A stretch of 27,387 nt of DNA from Myxococcales bacterium (lineage in GTDB: Bacteria; Myxococcota_A; Polyangia; Polyangiales; Houyiibacteriaceae). Under the pieces are notes generated by a model, which was not told the DNA's origin, searched no databases, and saw only the letters and a program-made list of their open reading frames with translations. This document shows positions 24,627 to 27,387 of the stretch, piece by piece (positions within the stretch are counted from its first letter, which is position 1; each line of letters starts with the position of its first letter). The position numbers and the translations under genes were made by a program. The DNA is taken from positions 1 to 27,387 of the forward strand of contig JABDJF010000546.1 in assembly GCA_013002645.1 (NCBI GenBank). Reading direction: 5' to 3'.

Positions 24627-27107
24627 TTATCGGATGGTCGCTTCGAAGCGATCGCTTGCGAGCTTGGCAAGCGACGCGTGGACTTTGTCTACGCGTTTGT
24701 CGGTCAGCGTTCCCTCCGGGTCACGGTAGGTCACGCGGAAGGCGAGGCTCCGGTGCCCGTCCGGGATCTGATCGCCCCTATAGAGGTCGAACAGCCGGAC
24801 CGACTCGGCCAGGCCCTTCGATGCTTCGCGCAGCGCATCAGCGATCTCGCCTGCGCTGAACCGATCGCGGACGAGCATCGCAATGTCGCGCGCCACGGCA
24901 GGGTACTTCGGAAGCCCGCGAGCCTGCGTTGGCCCGAGCTCTTCGAAGAGGGCGTAGAGGCCCTCGACGTCTAGCTCGGCGTAGATCACACGTCCGCTCA
25001 GCGCGAGATCGTCGGCGACGTCCGGATGCATCTCCCCGACGAAACCGACCGGTCGTGATGCAAGTGTCACCAGCGCAGCGCGCTTCGGATGCAAAAAGCT
25101 CGGAACCTCGGCGACAGCGAGCTGCGCCGCCTGACCAAACACCCGCTCGACCACCGCTTGGATGACTCCCTTGCCGTCGTACAAATCAAAAGATTGCTCG
25201 CCGCCGATCCAACCCGAGCGTTGCCCAGCTAGAGTGACCGCGAGCACAGTCTCTTCGCGTGGAAGCGGTTCATCAGTCGGCTGAAATGTCCGCGCGAGCT
25301 CGAAGAGCCGCACTTCGGATGCGCCGCGCCGCTGCGCGCGCGTTGCGGCAGCGGTGAGGCCGGGCAACAGGGACGTTCGCATCACGGAGCGCTCTTCGGA
25401 GAGCGGATTCGCGAGCGGAACCGCATCGGTCGACACCCGGGCTCGACGTAGGTCGTCGATCGACAAAAAGCCATAATTTACAGCTTCATAGAGGCCTGAC
25501 GCCACGGCAGCGTCACGAAGGCGGTCGACGAATTTGAGGAGGCCCGAAGTGCCCGCCTCGGAGGGGTGGACGCGCGGGACCGCCGTTGGAATCTCTTCGT
25601 AACCGCGCACGCGCGCGACTTCTTCGATCAGGTCGACCTCTCGCCCTAGGTCGGGCCGCCAGCTCGGCACTTCGGCGATGAGTGCGTCATCCCCTTGCTC
25701 GGCAACTCGACATCCGAGTGATTCGAGAATCTGAAGGCTTTCTTCTTTGAGGACCGACGTGCCGAGAAGCTGGGCCGCTCGGGCCGGTCGGAATCGGATC
25801 GACTTGGGCTCAAAGGGCTTCGCGATGCGATCGATGATGGTCGTCGCTGCCGCTCCGCCGCCGAGCTCGGCGATGAGAGAGGCTGCGCTGGCGAGAACGC
25901 GTGGGATCGCTCCTGGATCGACCCCACGCTCGAATCGGTGACTCGAATCGGTGTGTAGGCCGAGGCGCCGGGAGGTTCGGCGAATCGATCGCGGATCGAA
26001 GTACGCGCATTCGATGAGGACGTCGCTGGTCTCATCGCGAATCTCGGTATCGCGGCCGCCCATGACGCCCGCAACGGCAACCGGACGGTCGGCATCACAA
26101 ATTAGCAGATCGTCTTCGGTGAACGTGCGCTCGACTTCGTCGAGGGTCGCCATCTTCTCGCCCAGGGTCGCGCGACGGACCACGACACCCGGCCCAGCGA
26201 GCCGTGAAAGATCGAACGCGTGAATCGGATGACCCCACTCGAGCAAGATTAGATTGGTCGCGTCGACGACGTTCGAAAGGGCCCGAAAGCCAAGATTGTG
26301 AAGCCTGTAGCGGAGCCAGAAAGGAGAGGGAGCGATGTTGACGCCCGAAACGAGGGCGGCCCCGTACCTCGGACAGCGATCGCCATCGGCGATCTCCACG
26401 GAGATCGCCGAAAGCGTCGGCGTCTCGACCAGCTCGCTGTCGTTGTCCCAAAGCGGCGCGAGCTTGGTCGTCGGCTCGCCAGACTGGAACGAACCGGCCG
26501 CAGCAAACGAGCGGCGTGGCCCAGCGGCCTTCCGCGACTTGAACCCCACCCCGAAGAGGACACCAATTTCCCTGGCGATCCCTACATGGCCCAGGCAATC
26601 AGGGCGGTTCGGTGTGAGCCCGATATCGAGGATGACGTCGTGCAGGTCGAGAGCGTCGGCGACGCTCGTGCCCGGAAGTGCTTCGATGCCCGGGGCGACG
26701 ACGAAGATCCCGTCTGCGTCGATGCCGATCTCGAGCTCGGCTTCGCTGCAGATCATGCCGTTGGACTCGACGCCCGCGACCTTGCGTGGGGCGATCCGCA
26801 TCCCGTTTGGCAACACGGCGCCGGGGCGAGCGAACAGAACTCGGCCACCGGGCTCGGGCACATTGGTCGCGCCGCAGACGACGTCGAGCTCGTTTTCGCC
26901 ATCGAAGACGGTGACGAGGGTCAGCTTGTCCTTTTTGGGATGCGGGCTTTTCGAGCGAACCTCCGCGATGACGACGTCGGAGAGGTTCTTGCCCTTCTCT
27001 TCCATCGCCTCGACTTCGAGCCCCGCAAGCGAAATACGACGTGCAACTTCGGCGACATCCGCTTCGACGGGGCAGAGCTCTTGCAACCAACGAAATGAAA
27101 CCAACAT
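24627..27107 (-). CDS. pheT: Phenylalanine--tRNA ligase beta subunit
   Basis: MLVSFRWL, VCGATNV, SNGMICSEAEL, TPNRPDCLGHVGIARE, HPIHAFD, SHRFERGVD, REVDLIEEVARVRGY, NPLSEERSVMRTSL, C-terminal FDX-ACB RDIA...FDLYRG...SLAFRV. True ATG at 27107. Confidence 0.98.
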   Translation of the reverse strand: MLVSFRWLQELCPVEADVAEVARRISLAGLEVEAMEEKGKNLSDVVIAEVRSKSPHPKKDKLTLVTVFDGENELDVVCGATNVPEPGGRVLFARPGAVLPNGMRIAPRKVAGVESNGMICSEAELEIGIDADGIFVVAPGIEALPGTSVADALDLHDVILDIGLTPNRPDCLGHVGIAREIGVLFGVGFKSRKAAGPRRSFAAAGSFQSGEPTTKLAPLWDNDSELVETPTLSAISVEIADGDRCPRYGAALVSGVNIAPSPFWLRYRLHNLGFRALSNVVDATNLILLEWGHPIHAFDLSRLAGPGVVVRRATLGEKMATLDEVERTFTEDDLLICDADRPVAVAGVMGGRDTEIRDETSDVLIECAYFDPRSIRRTSRRLGLHTDSSHRFERGVDPGAIPRVLASAASLIAELGGGAAATTIIDRIAKPFEPKSIRFRPARAAQLLGTSVLKEESLQILESLGCRVAEQGDDALIAEVPSWRPDLGREVDLIEEVARVRGYEEIPTAVPRVHPSEAGTSGLLKFVDRLRDAAVASGLYEAVNYGFLSIDDLRRARVSTDAVPLANPLSEERSVMRTSLLPGLTAAATRAQRRGASEVRLFELARTFQPTDEPLPREETVLAVTLAGQRSGWIGGEQSFDLYDGKGVIQAVVERVFGQAAQLAVAEVPSFLHPKRAALVTLASRPVGFVGEMHPDVADDLALSGRVIYAELDVEGLYALFEELGPTQARGLPKYPAVARDIAMLVRDRFSAGEIADALREASKGLAESVRLFDLYRGDQIPDGHRSLAFRVTYRDPEGTLTDKRVDKVHASLAKLASDRFEATIR

Positions 27108-27115
27108 CGCTCTTC

Positions 27116-27387
27116 CTAAAACTGCGACAAGAACCGTACGTCGTTCTCGTAGAGGAGCTTGATGTTGGGGATGCCGTACTTGAGCATGGCGATGCGGTCG
27201 AGACCCATGCCGAACGCAAACCCGGTGTACTTCTCGGGGTCGTAGCCGACGTTCTCGAAAACGACCGGATGAATCATGCCGCAGCCGAGGATTTCCATCC
27301 AACCGGTGCCCTTGCAAACACGACACTGGGCGGTGCGCCCATGGTCGCCTTCCCACGCGCGGCAAAAGACGCAGCTCATGTCGACCT
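27116..27387 (-). CDS. pheS: Phenylalanine--tRNA ligase alpha subunit, 3' end only
   Basis: EVDMSCVFC...[20 protein letters not shown]...[35 protein letters not shown]; 5' part outside the window. Confidence 0.97.
   Translation of the reverse strand, partial: VDMSCVFCRAWEGDHGRTAQCRVCKGTGWMEILGCGMIHPVVFENVGYDPEKYTGFAFGMGLDRIAMLKYGIPNIKLLYENDVRFLSQF

Noticed and set aside
27108-27365. 86-codon N-terminal extension of the pheT ORF call (similar extensions for apt, ihfA, the Fe-S carrier, the CPBP protease and the DsbD-like gene)
   Set aside because: Extensions overlap neighbouring genes or intergenic DNA; conserved N-termini and, in several cases, SD sequences point to the downstream starts used.

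Overview
GC-rich, gene-dense bacterial chromosomal window dominated by housekeeping genes. A myxosortase-like CPBP protease, a giant TPR protein, a sigma32-like paralogue and the gene order suggest Myxococcota (inference). Left to right: rpoD (partial, -), dnaG (-); a + strand run of CPBP protease, nadC, birA, ygfZ, A-type Fe-S carrier, RpoH-like sigma factor and a 1690-aa TPR protein; an unknown membrane protein (-); a + strand run of DsbD-like beta-gamma protein, Tat-lipoprotein HiPIP, orphan MlaF-like ATPase, beta-CASP nuclease, lemA and two TPM proteins; an HNH nuclease (-); tRNA-Arg(CCT); a CHAD protein; then the - strand block pheS (partial), pheT, ihfA, MerR regulator, tRNA-Pro(GGG), surE, apt. 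I see no integrase, transposase, prophage, CRISPR array or recognisable defence island, and cannot claim a clearly new multi-gene system. Best leads: a DsbD lacking its alpha domain next to a lipoprotein HiPIP with spare cysteines; a giant TPR protein ending in an apparently dead M48-like peptidase domain; three 11-bp-phased repeats over the sigma-factor promoter; a TAGTTGT motif shared by three upstream regions; a probable non-AUG start for the CHAD gene; and mutually exclusive RNA hairpins between tRNA-Pro and surE. All family calls come from motifs recognised by eye, with no database searches run.
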